Shown here one piece after another: positions 1 through 12,823 of a stretch of 64,000 bases of DNA. Position 1 is the stretch's first letter, and each line of letters begins with the position of its first letter. The stretch covers positions 53,012,001 through 53,076,000 of the forward strand of contig CM052816.1 in assembly GCA_028534125.1 (NCBI GenBank). The letters run 5' to 3'. The stretch comes from Lama glama (Eukaryota). The translations under genes and the position numbers were made by a program. Below the pieces are notes generated by a model. That model searched no databases and had not been told where the DNA came from. It saw nothing but the letters and a program-made list of their open reading frames with translations.

Positions 1-149
1 CCCGTCTCATTCACTTAGTCTTATAAGTTTTTCCCTTGATTACCTCTGCAATATTAAATGAGGCCATAAAAATCTAATTGTGTATACTTTGGGTCTGTGC
101 TACGAAGTTGATGAATGACCAGTTCTGGAAGACCACCAGTCACATTTTA

Positions 150-696
150 TTGGGAAGCATGTTATTGCAGAGTTTATTATATGTAGATCTCTTTCTCCAG
201 TTATTATTTGGGTAACTTTTAAAAATGACAACTTCCTGGAACAATTAGGAAACATATCACATAAAAAGCCTAGAGGCTGATTCACTGATTCAATGACATA
301 ATCAAGGAACCAGATTCTTGGTCTTTCCATATGCTCGTCTTCACAATGTTGGCTTTGTTTTTAGGTTAGTTGCCCTCACACTACTAAGGTGACTCTTCAG
401 GGCCGATGTCACTGCAAACATTATCTAAGAGAACATCCCTTTTTATGTGTGTATCTTTTTGTGAGTGTACCCAGAAGCTTCTGGCAAACATTGCCTCATT
501 ATCTCATTAACCAGAATTGCTTCAGAGGTCCATTCCTAAACAGATTTCCAGCAAGGAGAATGGGATTGCTTTGATTATCGTAGTGAAGCTTACAGTCATG
601 TAGAGGAGGGTAGAGCCGCAGAACACTATCTGAGGTGTGTTAGGAAGGAGCGAGGAGCAATAGTTGGTGGATAGTCAGCCAGTAGTGTCTGTAACA
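150..696 (-). mobile_element. Old MaLR LTR remnant (MLT1-like)
   Basis: Motifs typical of MLT1 LTRs (cccagaagc...ctcatt..ccagaattg, gcaaggagaatggga), ending in tgtctgtaaca. Boundaries approximate. Confidence 0.55.
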
Positions 697-2359
697 GAGC
701 CAGACTCTCAGTGGGAGCTGTTATCCACCTTGTTTCTTATACCTCTGTCAGGCTGCTTTCTTTTGGAAAATTAAGTAGAAAGGGAATTATTTGAAACCAT
801 AACTTTCTTCATATCCCCATTTGCTGCAATATCTAATTGTATTTACATATGTGAAAAGGGTATTGGTAAGCTAGGCATTAAAAGAAGAGTAGGAATGTAT
901 AATTATTCTTTATTCCCTTGGGCTTGGTTGTATGTATTGGACCCATACTTTTGCATTTCCTTAGAAGAAAAGTTTATTGAGTAATCACGTAATGTTTGCA
1001 AAAATACAGACTTCAGTAGTAATTTTTTAAAATTATTGTCATTGATTTTTTTTTTAATCCAAGCTATCCAGACGACAAATGTTACCTTTTTGATTGTTTT
1101 CTTAGATCTAGAACTTACATATCTTTTGGCAAATAGTCTTTTTGTTTTGCTTCCGTTTTTCATGATCTTCATTTCTTGCTTATTACACAAATGCCTGAGA
1201 GTTAAATATAATAATTCTTTATGTCAATTTTTATGAGTTTGAATAAACTTTATTTCTAAAACAAAATTCTGATTTTTACTGGATTTTCCTCAGGGTCATC
1301 TTATACTTACATTCTTCCAATTTTCTGCATCCATATTAAGTTGTAGAGTCCATCACGGAGCATAGTTCTTTTACAGAGTATTTGCCCATGATTAAGACCT
1401 TCAGAATTATTTTTATATCAGTCTTTCTAGAATTACTTTATGAACCTTCTGGAAAATACTTTAGTAACCTTTACTTTTAACAGTAAGGTCATTTGAACCA
1501 CTCATTGTCTTAATTATTGATATAAGAAATTACAAAGTAGATTATTCTCTAGGATTAAAGTGTGTGTGTGTGTTTTGTTTTTCTAAACTGGTTTAAAGCA
1601 TTTCATGCCAAAATCTCTTGCTTTTCAAATTAATTTTTAGATTAATGTTTAATTTCTTAGGAGAGTTTGTGTTGTTATATCTATTTATGAAATAACACTA
1701 CAGTCATTACTAAATAAGCCTCAATTTTCTATTATGTCTTTTGTATATATTTTCTAGTGACAGTAATGTCAATAAATATAGTAGAATACACAGATCAGCT
1801 TTTAGTGAGATGTATTTACTTCAAAATTCATCTTTTGATTCTCATACTGTGATTGTAAATATAAGTTATGAGATGTTGCTGTATTAATGAAAAAGAATTC
1901 TGGAGTCAGATCATTTTGTTGCATGCTGGGTTATTCAGGGTGAAATGAGTTTCTTTACAGCAGGATTTCATAGAACCTTTAACATATTAACGTGCATTAT
2001 AAATGTTTCAAAATGGGACATAACACAGTGTTTGCAGAACTTATTTAAACACAAAACACTCAATTCTAGCTCTATTTTCCATAGAACATACTTTGGAAAA
2101 TGCTGGTATTTGATGCAGTTAATATAAAGCAAGTAGTGTGTCTAACCGTTTTTTATGAGTGCTATCCAGTTTATTTGAAAAAGTATTAACTTTAACATTT
2201 GGACACTTGGAATAATCGGTGTCAGATGCTTTTAGAGATCCTTTTAAGATAAGAGCTTTAAGGTTTCAGGTATAGCTTCTCTACTGCTGCTTCTATAGCT
2301 TTTCTCTAAAATGAAATTTATCCACATGTTTAGTGATGAAATTTACCTTAAACAGACTA

Positions 2360-3290
2360 GTTGTAAGATCTCTTGATGATTTTCACTCCACCCTGGTTTT
2401 CTCTACTGAGCTCCAAACTAACATTTTAAGTTCCTGACAGTTTTACATGCATACCCTGTAGGCATCTGAACTTGGTCAAAACTGAGCTCATCCTCACCCC
2501 TGCTATCCCCCAAATTCCAGACTTTATTTTCTGTTTACCATCTTGCCTAGTGGCACTGTCTTCTTTTCAGTCATTCAAACTGGAACCCCAGGAGACTCAG
2601 GTTCCTCCTTCATCTCCTACATCATTATTTCTTAACCTTGGCGCTGTAGGTATTTTTGGCTGGATAATTCTTTGTTATGGGGGGCTGTCCTGTGCATTGT
2701 AGATGTTTAGCAACATCCCTGGTCTCTTGCCACTAGAAGCCCGTAGCAGTCTCCCTCAGTTGGGACCACCAACTGTGCCTCTGGATTTTGTGAAATGTCT
2801 CCTGGAAGACAACTCACGTTTGATGAACCACTGTCCTACATCCAAACTGTTACTTAATCTTATTGATTCTACTTCCTAAATTTACCTTTAATCCCTCCTC
2901 ATGTCTTCATTTTACTCCATAACCTCCTGTCCTCTTTATTTTTTTTTAATACTTGGAATTCTTCTTAAGGGTCTGACTAGCACCCCTGTGTCCCATATTG
3001 TTTGCCTCCAGTCCACCCTCTTCAGTGCTACCAAATTTATCTTGCTAAAGTGCAAAGCTGTTCCCTTCTTACGTCTCTCAGTACCTTCCAGTGGGTACCC
3101 TCATGAACTAGCTTCTCTCTTTATCCCTAGACTCATCCTTCAAAGGCCCTCATACTCACTAACGTTCTTGCTACACATGCTGTTGTACTGTGTCCTCTCA
3201 CTGCTGTGCTATACTTTGTTTCAGACTCTCCTGAGGCATCAATTTCTCCACAGTAGCCCTTACCCACTTATTTTCAGAGAATTTATCATG
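2360..3290 (+). mobile_element. L2 LINE 3' remnant, interrupted by MER20 and L1; continues at about 4533-4635
   Basis: Pyrimidine-rich L2-like text (ggcatctgaacttggtcaaaactgagctcatc). An L2-type tail (gatactcaataaaagtttgaat) follows the L1 insertion. Confidence 0.6.
2624..2834 (-). mobile_element. MER20 (hAT-Charlie) DNA transposon
   Basis: Reverse complement follows the MER20 consensus (ggataattctttgtt..ggggggctgtcctgtgcattgtagatgtttagca...gaaccactg). Confidence 0.85.
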
Positions 3291-3308
3291 GTGAAGAGCA
3301 TTTTATTT

Positions 3309-4516
3309 ATTTAGTTTTTAATATTTGAGAGTAGTTTTTTTTAAATTGAAGAATAGTCAGTTTACAGTGTTGTGTCAATTTCTGGTGTACAGCATAATGC
3401 TCAGTCATACATGAACATACATATATTTGTTTTCATATTCTTTTTCACCATAAAGTACTACAAGATATTAAATATAGTTCCCAGTGTTACATAGTATGAA
3501 CTTGTTGTTTATCTACTTTATATATATTAGTTAGTATCTGCAAATCTTGAACTCCCAATTTATCCCTTCCCACCTCCTTCCCCTCCTGGTAACCATAAAT
3601 TTGCTTTCTACGTGAGTCTCTTTCTGTTTTGTAAATAAGTTCATTTATCTTTTTTTTTCTCAGATTCCACATATAAGTGATATCATGTGGTGTTTTTCTT
3701 TCTCTTTATGGTTTATTTCACTTAAAATGACAACCTCCAGGTCCATCCATGTTGCAGCAAATGGCATTATTTTACTATTTTTTATGGCTGAGTAGTATTC
3801 CATTGTATAAATGTACCAAACTTCTTTATCCATTCATCTGTTGATAGACATTTGGGTTGTTTCCATGTCTTGGCTATTGTAAATAGTGCTGCTGAGAACA
3901 TTGGGGTGCATGTACCTTTCTGAATTAAAGTTCCCTCTGGATATAAGCCCAGGTAAGACAAGACACTATAAACCTCTTAGAAGAAAACATAGGCAGAACA
4001 TTTTCTGACATAAATCTTAGCAATGTTCTCCTCGGGCAGTCTACTCAGGCAATAGAAATAAAAGTAAAAATAAACAAATGGGACCTAATTAAACTTACAA
4101 GCTTTTGCACAGCAAAGGAAAACATAAGCAAAACAAAACGATAACCTATGGAATGGGAGAATATATTCTCAAAAGATGAGACTGACAAGGGCTTAATTTC
4201 CAGAATAGATAAACAGCTCATACAACTTAATAATAAACAATGTAATCCAAAAATGGGCAGAAGACCTCAACAAGAAATTCTCCAATGAAGACATACAAAT
4301 AACTCATGAAAAACTGCTCAATATCGCTAATTATCAGAGAAATACACATCAAAACTACAATGAGGTATAACCTCACACCAGTCAGAATGGCCATCATTAA
4401 AAAGTCCACAAACAATAAATGTTGGAGAGGGTGTGGAGAAAAGGGAGCCCTCCTACACTGCTGGTGGGAATGCTGTTTGGTGCAGCCGTTGTGGAAAACA
4501 GTATGGAGATTCCTCA
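3309..4516 (-). mobile_element. 5'-inverted (twin-primed) L1 insertion with 16-bp TSD
   Basis: 3309-3953 is an L1 3' end on the - strand. About 3954-4516 is the adjacent upstream ORF2 segment on the + strand (ORF 4306: ...[37 protein letters not shown]). GAAGAGCATTTTATTT occurs at 3293-3308 and 4517-4532. Confidence 0.92.
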
Positions 4517-6289
4517 GAAGAGCATTTTATTTTTCAACACATCTGTCTTCCCTCACCAAACTGAACTTTTCAAGGGCAAAGACCAATTCTGTCTGTTTTT
4601 GGCATGTAGAGATACTCAATAAAAGTTTGAATCGCTTATTTGTATGCCCTGATAAATGTAGTAACATCTTTGTTACTTCTAGGAATTCTGTTCCCTGTAT
4701 CAGCAATACAATTGTTTTCCTAGTCTTTGTCACCCAGGTCTTGATGGTTAGGCTTTTGACCACCGAAATCTTGAACTATAACTTTCTTTAAGAAATCAGC
4801 TTTTCAGAAAAGAATTGAAGAAAGCAGTGTATTTAGTTGATGGCAAATGTCATTTGCTTGTAAAATAGCTAGTTTACCCTAAAGATTTTTATTCAGAAGG
4901 GAATTGTGTGGGATAATTGTGCAGATTAATTACATTGTGTAAATTAATAATGGTGTGGGAAGTATTTATTGGACTCTAAACATTGCAATTCTGTTGAGTA
5001 AGGATTTGATGATTGGTCATGTAAGGCTTCTGAAACCAGTATCATTGTCTTAACAAATTTAATTTTTTGGAAAATATGTCTATTAGCACACATTCTTATA
5101 ATTATCAGCCTACACTATCTAGAAATTTACCCCCTGTCAAATGAAAAAAAAAAAGTATCAAGTCAATAAAGTCTAGAGTGGCCCACTTACCTTCCTTACA
5201 TATCTTAATAAGTAGAATTTTGTGTGAATGAATTGCCCTGTGCATTAGGACTAGCCACAGTCACTGATGCTTAGAACTTTTAAATTAAAAGGTGAAAAAA
5301 AGAATTGCAGTGGTCGCAGGGCTTCAGGAAGGTCACGCACATATAGCAGCAGCCTTGCTGTGAAAGGCCAGGGGAGGAGAGTGAGTAAGACCTAATTGGG
5401 AAGAATTCTCTATCCCCGGCATAGTGCCTGCCAAACTACTCATAATTATTTGTTAAATGATCCCCTGACTAATGGCAGTTAAGCCAGAAGTGATGACTTT
5501 CTGCTTTAGGGAGGGACATAAAATGTACACTTCCTTTCGAAAGAGATTCTTGAGTAGGAACAGTTGTTATGGAGGTTTCCAGAAATAAAACTACAGAGAG
5601 CCAGGTTACACACAGGGAAGGTACCTCCCTTTCCTAACAGCTCTCCCAGGACTGAAGTAAATCGTGGGAGACGTGTGACACCCAGCCCATCATTATTAAC
5701 CTGAAGGGTCATTTTGCTAAAGACCAAGATTTGCCTTGATTGTTTTCTAATTTCTCTCCTTTCTATATTCTCCTTTCCCTTTAAATTTAAAGTTGAAAAA
5801 AATTTTAATTCTTTAAAATTAAAAAAATTAATTTGTTTAATTTTAATGTTAAATAATAACAGTTAAAATTCTCATTAGGACCTTAAGCTGCTTTAGGAAA
5901 AAAGGTGTTATGTAAATGAAAGAAACAAGCTTTATTTGGGCTCAAAAAAAGAAAAGTAAATGCTCTTAGAGAATTTTTACTGAAAACTCGGAGAATTTTG
6001 CATTGTAACGCTTCTATTACATACAGATTATCTCATGCTTGTTTTTCAGACTAAAAAAACTAATGATCATATTTTGAGTATATATTTTTGAATCATTTTG
6101 GTAATTGAAATTATAATTTTAAAAAAATCTCTATTGTTTGTCTTTAAGGCCTTACTTGATCTAAGTAAAACAGACTGTGATGATGGGCTACTTTGTTTAC
6201 CTTATACTTTTCAGTGTCATAGGGATTATATTGAATATAAACTTTTCCAGTAATTTACTTACTTGTTACCAGAATAATGTAGGTTTTTT

Positions 6290-7335
6290 TAATACCTTTA
6301 TTGTGGTATAATTCCTGTACAGTAAACTACACATATTTCAGATGTACAATTTGATGAATTTTGATGGATATATATATACCTATTAAACCACCATTACAGT
6401 CAGGATAGCTAACATTTCCATCACTCCCCAAGGGGTGCAATTTTCCTACTCCTGATTTATCTCTTCCCACCTCATTTACCCCCTGGTAACTGTAAGTTTG
6501 TTCTCTATGTTTCTGAGTCTGTTTTTGTTTTGTAGATAAGTTCATTTGTGGGGTTTTTTTGTTTGTTTGTTTGTTTTAGTTTCCACATTTAAATGATATC
6601 GTATGCTGTTTTTCTTTCTCTTTCTGCTTACTTCATTTAGAATGACAATCTCCAGGTCCATCCATGTTGCTGCAGATGGCATTATTTTATTCTTTTTATG
6701 GCTGAGTAGTATTCCATTGTATGTATATATACACCACATCTTCTTTATCCATTCATCTGTCGATGGACATTTAGGTTGTTTCCATGTCTTGGCTATTGTA
6801 AATAGTGCTGCTATGCACCTTGGGGTACATAAGTCTTTTGAATTATATTTTTCTCCTGATATATGCCCAGGAGTGGGATTGCTGGATCATATGGTAACTA
6901 TATTTTTAGTTTTTTAAGGAACCTCCATCCTGCCCTCCATAGTGGCTTCACCAATTTACCTTCCCACTAACAATTTAAGAGGGTTCCCTTTTCTTCACAC
7001 CCTCTCCAGCATTTATTAAGGACTTTCTAATAATAACCATTCTGAATGGTGTGAGGTGATACCTCATTATAGTTTTGATTTGCATTTCTCTAACAATTAG
7101 TGATGTTGTGCATTTTTTCATGTGCTCGTCGGCTATCTGGATGTCGTCTTTGGAGAGATATCTGTTTAGATCTTCTGCCCATTTTTTGATTGGGTTGCTT
7201 GTTTTGTTTTTGTTTTTGGTATTAAGCTGTATGAGCTTTTGGAAATTAGTCCGTTGTTGGTTGCATTATTTGCAAATGTTTTCTCCCATTCTGTAGGTTG
7301 TCTTTTCATTTTGTTGATGGTATCCTTAACTGTGG
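6290..7335 (-). mobile_element. L1 3' region (ORF2 end and 3'UTR), possibly composite
   Basis: Minus ORFs 7166-7381 ([19 protein letters not shown]) and 6542-6739 (IMPSAATWMDLEIVILNEVS) are L1 ORF2-like. Confidence 0.9.
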
Positions 7336-7414
7336 AAAAAAATGTAGTTTTAAATGGGTAAAAACTTTTAGTAAGAATCACATATATGTAAGATACTTGT
7401 ATTTTAGCAGGGCA

Positions 7415-8032
7415 TAGTCAATTCTAATTATTTGCAGTGGTTTTGTTCTATAAAGACACCACAAACATTGAATTAGTGAATATTGAACCGTTGTCCTAGG
7501 GGAAATGCAGGGTTGGATTCCTGTGAGCTTCTGGCCACAACATTTTCATCAACCAATCAATACATAACCTTGTTTGATGTGTGTTTCCATTTAAAGACAC
7601 CTTATTTAATGTATATTGTTGATTAATTACCATTGAACTCATGGCCAAAAGCACTGTAACACATGACTGAACAGAGCTTATATAACATTTTTTCTCCATG
7701 AGGCACATCACAGCCTTCTTGCACCTAGGAACAGGCAGCACTTCAGCACTGCTTGGGGGCCATTTGAAACAGTGAAAGCGCCAACAAAACACACAAGAAT
7801 GCAAAACTCATGGCGCTAAACAAATTGCAAAAGGGACACTTGTTCATAGTGTGAGAACTGAAACAAGAAGGCAGAGTATTGCCTTGATCCACCTCAGGTG
7901 GAAACGTGCATGTCAGGTCACTGGAAGAGACTAAGAAAGTACTTCAAGTATGGACTTTGGGGTTACAAACGCATTTTATTGAGTAGGCAAATTCACAAAT
8001 ACAGAATTTTCAAATAATAAAGATTGTAACTG
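7415..8032 (-). mobile_element. MER82-like (TcMar-Tigger) DNA transposon
   Basis: Degenerate terminal inverted repeats (tagtcaattctaattatttgc ... caaataataaagattg). The interior matches the recalled MER82 consensus. Confidence 0.75.
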
Positions 8033-8216
8033 TTTTAAAGAAACTTAGGATTGAATACTTAGAATATTCAAATATAAGGGAAAGTTTCTCTTATTTTCAA
8101 AGATGTGGGAGTTTTTGGTTAAGTGGAATGAATCATCCTCCCAGTTTCCATGTTCTGTTGTCCAGTGGAATAAAATTGACTGCTTTCAATCTATCATTTT
8201 GTTTTCTCCCCAACAG

Positions 8217-8373
8217 GGAACAACCTATCTTCAGCACCCGAGCTCATGTCTTCCAGATCGACCCAAACACAAAGAAGAACTGGGTACCCACCAGCAAGCA
8301 CGCAGTTACTGTGTCTTATTTCTATGACAGCACAAGAAACGTGTATAGGATAATCAGTTTAGACGGCTCAAAG
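8217..8373 (+). CDS. HOMER1: HOMER1 coding exon 2 (157 nt, phase 2-0), N-terminal part of EVH1 domain
   Basis: Acceptor ttttctccccaacag|G, donor AAG|gtaagt. Translates (G)[52 protein letters not shown], the Homer EVH1 start. Confidence 0.98.
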
Positions 8374-9227
8374 GTAAGTTACATTTGCTTTAAATAACCT
8401 TGCTGTTTTGCTTTGTACAGTATACACTTCAGTTTTATTCAGAAGATTTTTATCTTCATTATTTTCTTTTGAGTTTTAAAAAGTTACCTCTTGAAAAACA
8501 AAATTGATTGTTCTTAGGGTATCAACTTTTTCACCCAGTAAACTACTTGGATTAACCACCATGTATACAGAGAGAGTTATATGCCAAAATATTCTACAGA
8601 TTTAGGGTCAGTTTGATGAATATTCATTGTGTATCTGTTATGTCAGGCATTATGCTAGGTGATGGGAATATAGTGCAAACAGAATGGACACAGTTTCTAC
8701 TCTTGGAGCATGCAAGCCAGTAAGGAACAAGAATTCTTTTCAGATGTGCTTCCATAGCCTAGTAGACAGTTCAGTATCCCTAATTCATATGAAGTCTTTA
8801 ATATTAAATTCAATAATAAAGCTGACATCCATTATTCAGAAGAGAAGCAAATGGATAAGACCTGTTTTTATCTTTTAGGAGAGGCAGATAGTAAAATGTT
8901 TGACAGCATGGACTGCCTGGGTTTACATCTCAACTTTATCATCTGCTAAGTTTTTGACTTTGGGCAAATTATGGGTTTACTTCTCTCAGCCTCATTGTTC
9001 TCACCTCAGTACTGGTACTTGTAAGCACTGAGTTAATATCTACAAAGCTCCTACTTAGCTCAGTGCCTGATGGAGAGTATACCCTCAATGAATTCTGAAT
9101 AACACACATAAGTAAATACCAAACATTAACTTCTGGAGATAGTGTGTAGGAAGATGAGGCTTCCATTCTTCTCCTTCCAGCTTCCCTGATGCCATGAGAC
9201 CTTTTCACCCCCAGGAAAATTTCCCAG

Positions 9228-9470
9228 TTCAGTGTAGGGCTAAGAGCACAGACTCTAGAGCTGGACTGTCTGGTTTGAAGTTTTACTTTGCTGCTTACTA
9301 GCCATGTGACCTAGAGCAAGATAGTTAATGTCTTCATGCCTTAGTTTTCTCATCTGTAAAAAAGAATTCATATGAATACCTACATCATTACGTCATGGGA
9401 TTATCATGAAGATTAAATAAATTATTTTGAACACAAGCACTTAAAGTATGTATAGTAATCACTGTACAAA
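9228..9470 (+). mobile_element. MIR SINE
   Basis: MIR core: gctgcttactagccatgtgacctagagcaag...ccttagttttctcatctgtaaa. Confidence 0.75.
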
Positions 9471-10940
9471 CACTGATAATAATTGTTATTATTAATAATA
9501 AGCTTTTAATTATGTATTGCCTAGTGGGTTGAGGGACTAAAAGATAATTTAATGTTCAACTTCCTGTCTGCTTTTTCTGTATGCTCATTCCTTTTCTCCT
9601 TAACTAGATGATAGGCCCAAGGTGCTATTTGCACTTTGTCTTGCATGTAAGTGACTAAGGTGTATTTATTTGAATAATTGATCCTCTTTTCATTTTTACT
9701 CAGGATTTAAAGGACTTGGAGAATAGCAGTAGTTAATTTCTATGAAGCTTTATTTAATAAAGAATAATTTTGTCACATTTTGTAACTGTTCATGAAATTG
9801 ACAGATATTAATTATTATAATCTCAGACCCTAGAATGTTTATATCTTTCCCCTGACTCAAACTTTCAGTTCTCTATAATCTGTATTTCTCTCTTGGCCCA
9901 AACCACAGATAAGATGTAGTTTTTATTAGAGACGACAGTCAAATGACGTATAAAAGTAAATTAGTCCCATGTCCATTGTGATGAAATAATCCTCATGTAT
10001 TCTTCCTTCTGAAGCAGTATGAACTATTGCTTCTGTCAATCCCATTTTGAATATACTTTGCAGCTTGTAATTATTAGGCTCTTATATAACTCTTGTGAAA
10101 AGTTGTTTTTTTTGTTTCTTTGAACAAAATCTACCGTCTGTACCAGAGTTAAATTTTCTTACACGTTTTCTATTTTCTAGTTACTTTTCTAAACCAGTGC
10201 TATTAACTACTGCAGTTTCCCTCAGGAGTAGTTTTCTGGTAAGCAGTAGTGGTTTATTTGATGCAGCTAAATGAGTGTTTTTCTCCTCCCCACCCCCACT
10301 TCTATTCCTGCACAACATGATGGATTGGAAGAACCTTCGGTGCCCTTGATTAGAAAGCGTCCATTTATTCTCACTTAGGGCCTCTACAGTGCATGTAACT
10401 TGCTTGAAGGTTTTCTAATCATGCTGCAGAGACACCAGCATAGCCGAGGGCTGGAATCAGGGCACTATATGGTTGGTAATGACACAGCATTTCTGTGTCT
10501 TTTCCTTGAAAAGACAAGAGCTCTAAGATTGAGAGATATATTTTAAAGAACTAAAATTTTTCTTTTAAATGGATTCATAGTAGCATTCTATTCAAATAAA
10601 TCTGATAAATAACTGTAAGTGTGGAATCATCTGTCATTTTTAAGTTTTCTTCACTGATGAAAGAATTCCAGAACAAGTCATATGTAGGCAAGGAAAGTTT
10701 CAAAATGGGAATTAAAGTGGAACTCTTAAAAGCAAAAGAAGTTCATTTAAAATAGCTAAAACAGAAGGTTAGTAACCAGCAGCACATGGGTCCCTTATAT
10801 GCCTTATAAAGCCTGTGACTGCCTGCTGTGTGTGAGTTACTAGGATCACCTGTAAAACACCCTTATCTCCTTAGACATACTCAGAGCTCTGCTCAGAGGG
10901 AACACTCAAGGACCATCCAAATCCAAAGCCGTGCTTGAAT

Positions 10941-11122
10941 GGGGAGGGGATAGCTCAGTGGTAGAGCACGTGCTTAGCATGTACGAGGTCCTGGGTTCAA
11001 TCTGCAGTACCTCTGTTAATAAATGAATAAATATAGCTAATTAGCTTCCTCCTCTTCCCCCAGAATAGGCCAGAAAAGGAAAAATCCTTGCAACTTCAGA
11101 GAAATAATAAAAAAGAAATAAT
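10941..11122 (+). mobile_element. tRNA-derived SINE (camelid vic-1-like) with extended tail
   Basis: A box tagctcagtgg, B box gggttcaatc, A-rich tail. Imperfect TSD aaagccgtgcttg (10925) / aaagtagtgcttg (11123). Confidence 0.85.
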
Positions 11123-12691
11123 AAAGTAGTGCTTGCCAGCCCTTACCTTCTTGCCTCTCAGTCTTTATCCCATCCTGGTCTGTGGTCTTCACAGAACTTA
11201 ACACTCTGAAATTTCACTGGTCAGCTACTTGTTTACCTGTTCATTGACTGACTATTCTTGTGCTGGAATGTAATCCACAATTATATTGCCTCTCATTGTT
11301 GTATCTCAAGTTCCTAGAATTGTGCTAGGCATTTAATAGGTACTCACACACACACAAAAAGTTCAATATCCAAATGATTCCTTGCCATTTGGTAATATAT
11401 CCTGTCTCTCTTAGTCTTTCATTCTATGACAACCCTACGAGTTAGAGCAGTTGTTAACCACACTTTACAGGATCTAAAATGACATGCTAGGGAAAACAGC
11501 TTTTGAACTGAAGGGTAAAGCAGTATATTAGTATATAAATTTTGTCGGAGATAAAAATGCTTATCAAGAATAAAGGCTCTCATGTAACAACAGAGAATAT
11601 GTCTACTGTCTGTGAGATTGAAAGCAAGGAACCACTTTTACATCTACTTTAGTAGGACAAGAGTCATACATTCATTATTATAACTTCATCAATACCTGCA
11701 TAGCTCATAAATATTTACATTTATACTGTTGTTTATGTGGTAAACAGACTTAGCCGTGTTCTGAAAATGATTGATTTTTTTGTTTCACATTTAATAGTTC
11801 ACCAAATAACTGCTTATGGATTTGATAATATGTTTATTTTTATTATTATTAGAACCATTTTGTAATCTCGATCTCAGTTACAAAGTCATTAGGCTACTTA
11901 ACTAAAACCAATTATACACTTCTGTAGTGCTGGCACAGGGATGAATGAACTTAAGTTAATATGTTATAAGAATAGTTGAAATTTATTGTAGTGGTCACCA
12001 AAGTTAATATTTAATATACTAAAGTACTAGTTTTCTAAGAAACTATGTGTTAAACAGAAATGATAGTGATTCTCACTGCCGTGATTTTATACCACTTTGT
12101 ATGTGAAGAAGTAAAGCATATATTTAAGAGTTTGTTTTTCCCTTGAATAAAGGAAAATGTATTAAATGATTGAAAGTCTTTTTTGTATCATAATGTATTT
12201 CAGATAAGTTGGCTTTAAGAAAATTCTTAACTATGGATTTTAGAAAAGTGTCCAAATAGAAAATTTGTTCTGTTGCTGTGTTCATTTTTGGAAGACTCTT
12301 TGGAGAGGGAAAACTTGCTTTCAAATAAACAACTATTAAAACCTACTGGCTTTCAGTGAATATCATCCAAAATTAATAGATATTGATCCTAAGTGTTCAA
12401 AGGGAAGAACTGACCACATTAAAAATTCTTTAAAATTTCTTGCATCACAGGAAAACTTACTTTGATTGTGAAGTGTTGAAATTTGTGATAGAGTGCCATT
12501 ATACTTATAGTTCTATTATTACCATATTTCCACCCTGTCACTTACAATGTTAAGAACTATTTCTCTGTCTTTATGTATTTAACATTGTATCTCAATAAGA
12601 ATCTTAAGTTTATATGTAACTAAAAAGTCCTGTGCTTAAATGCCTGTTTGCTAATTTTTGGCTGGTTGCTCATACTTGTTTTATTTTTCAG

Positions 12692-12823
12692 GCAATAATT
12701 AACAGCACCATCACCCCAAACATGACATTTACTAAAACATCTCAGAAGTTTGGCCAATGGGCCGATAGCCGAGCAAATACTGTTTATGGACTGGGGTTCT
12801 CCTCTGAGCATCATCTTTCAAAA
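12692..12823 (+). CDS. HOMER1: HOMER1 coding exon 3 (132 nt, phase 0-0), EVH1 domain
   Basis: Acceptor ttatttttcag|GCA, donor AAA|gtaagt. Translates [44 protein letters not shown]. Confidence 0.98.

Noticed and set aside
2901..3314. 137-aa hydrophobic ORF
   Set aside because: Lies within a pyrimidine-rich L2 remnant; the composition explains the hydrophobicity.
4306..4791. 161-aa ORF
   Set aside because: The N-terminal half is an L1 ORF2 remnant that runs by chance through the TSD into L2 and intron sequence; not a gene.
10941..11013. Possible tRNA-Ala gene (also 19411 and 47763)
   Set aside because: Acceptor stems are broken, and A-rich tails and TSDs are present. These are SINEs.
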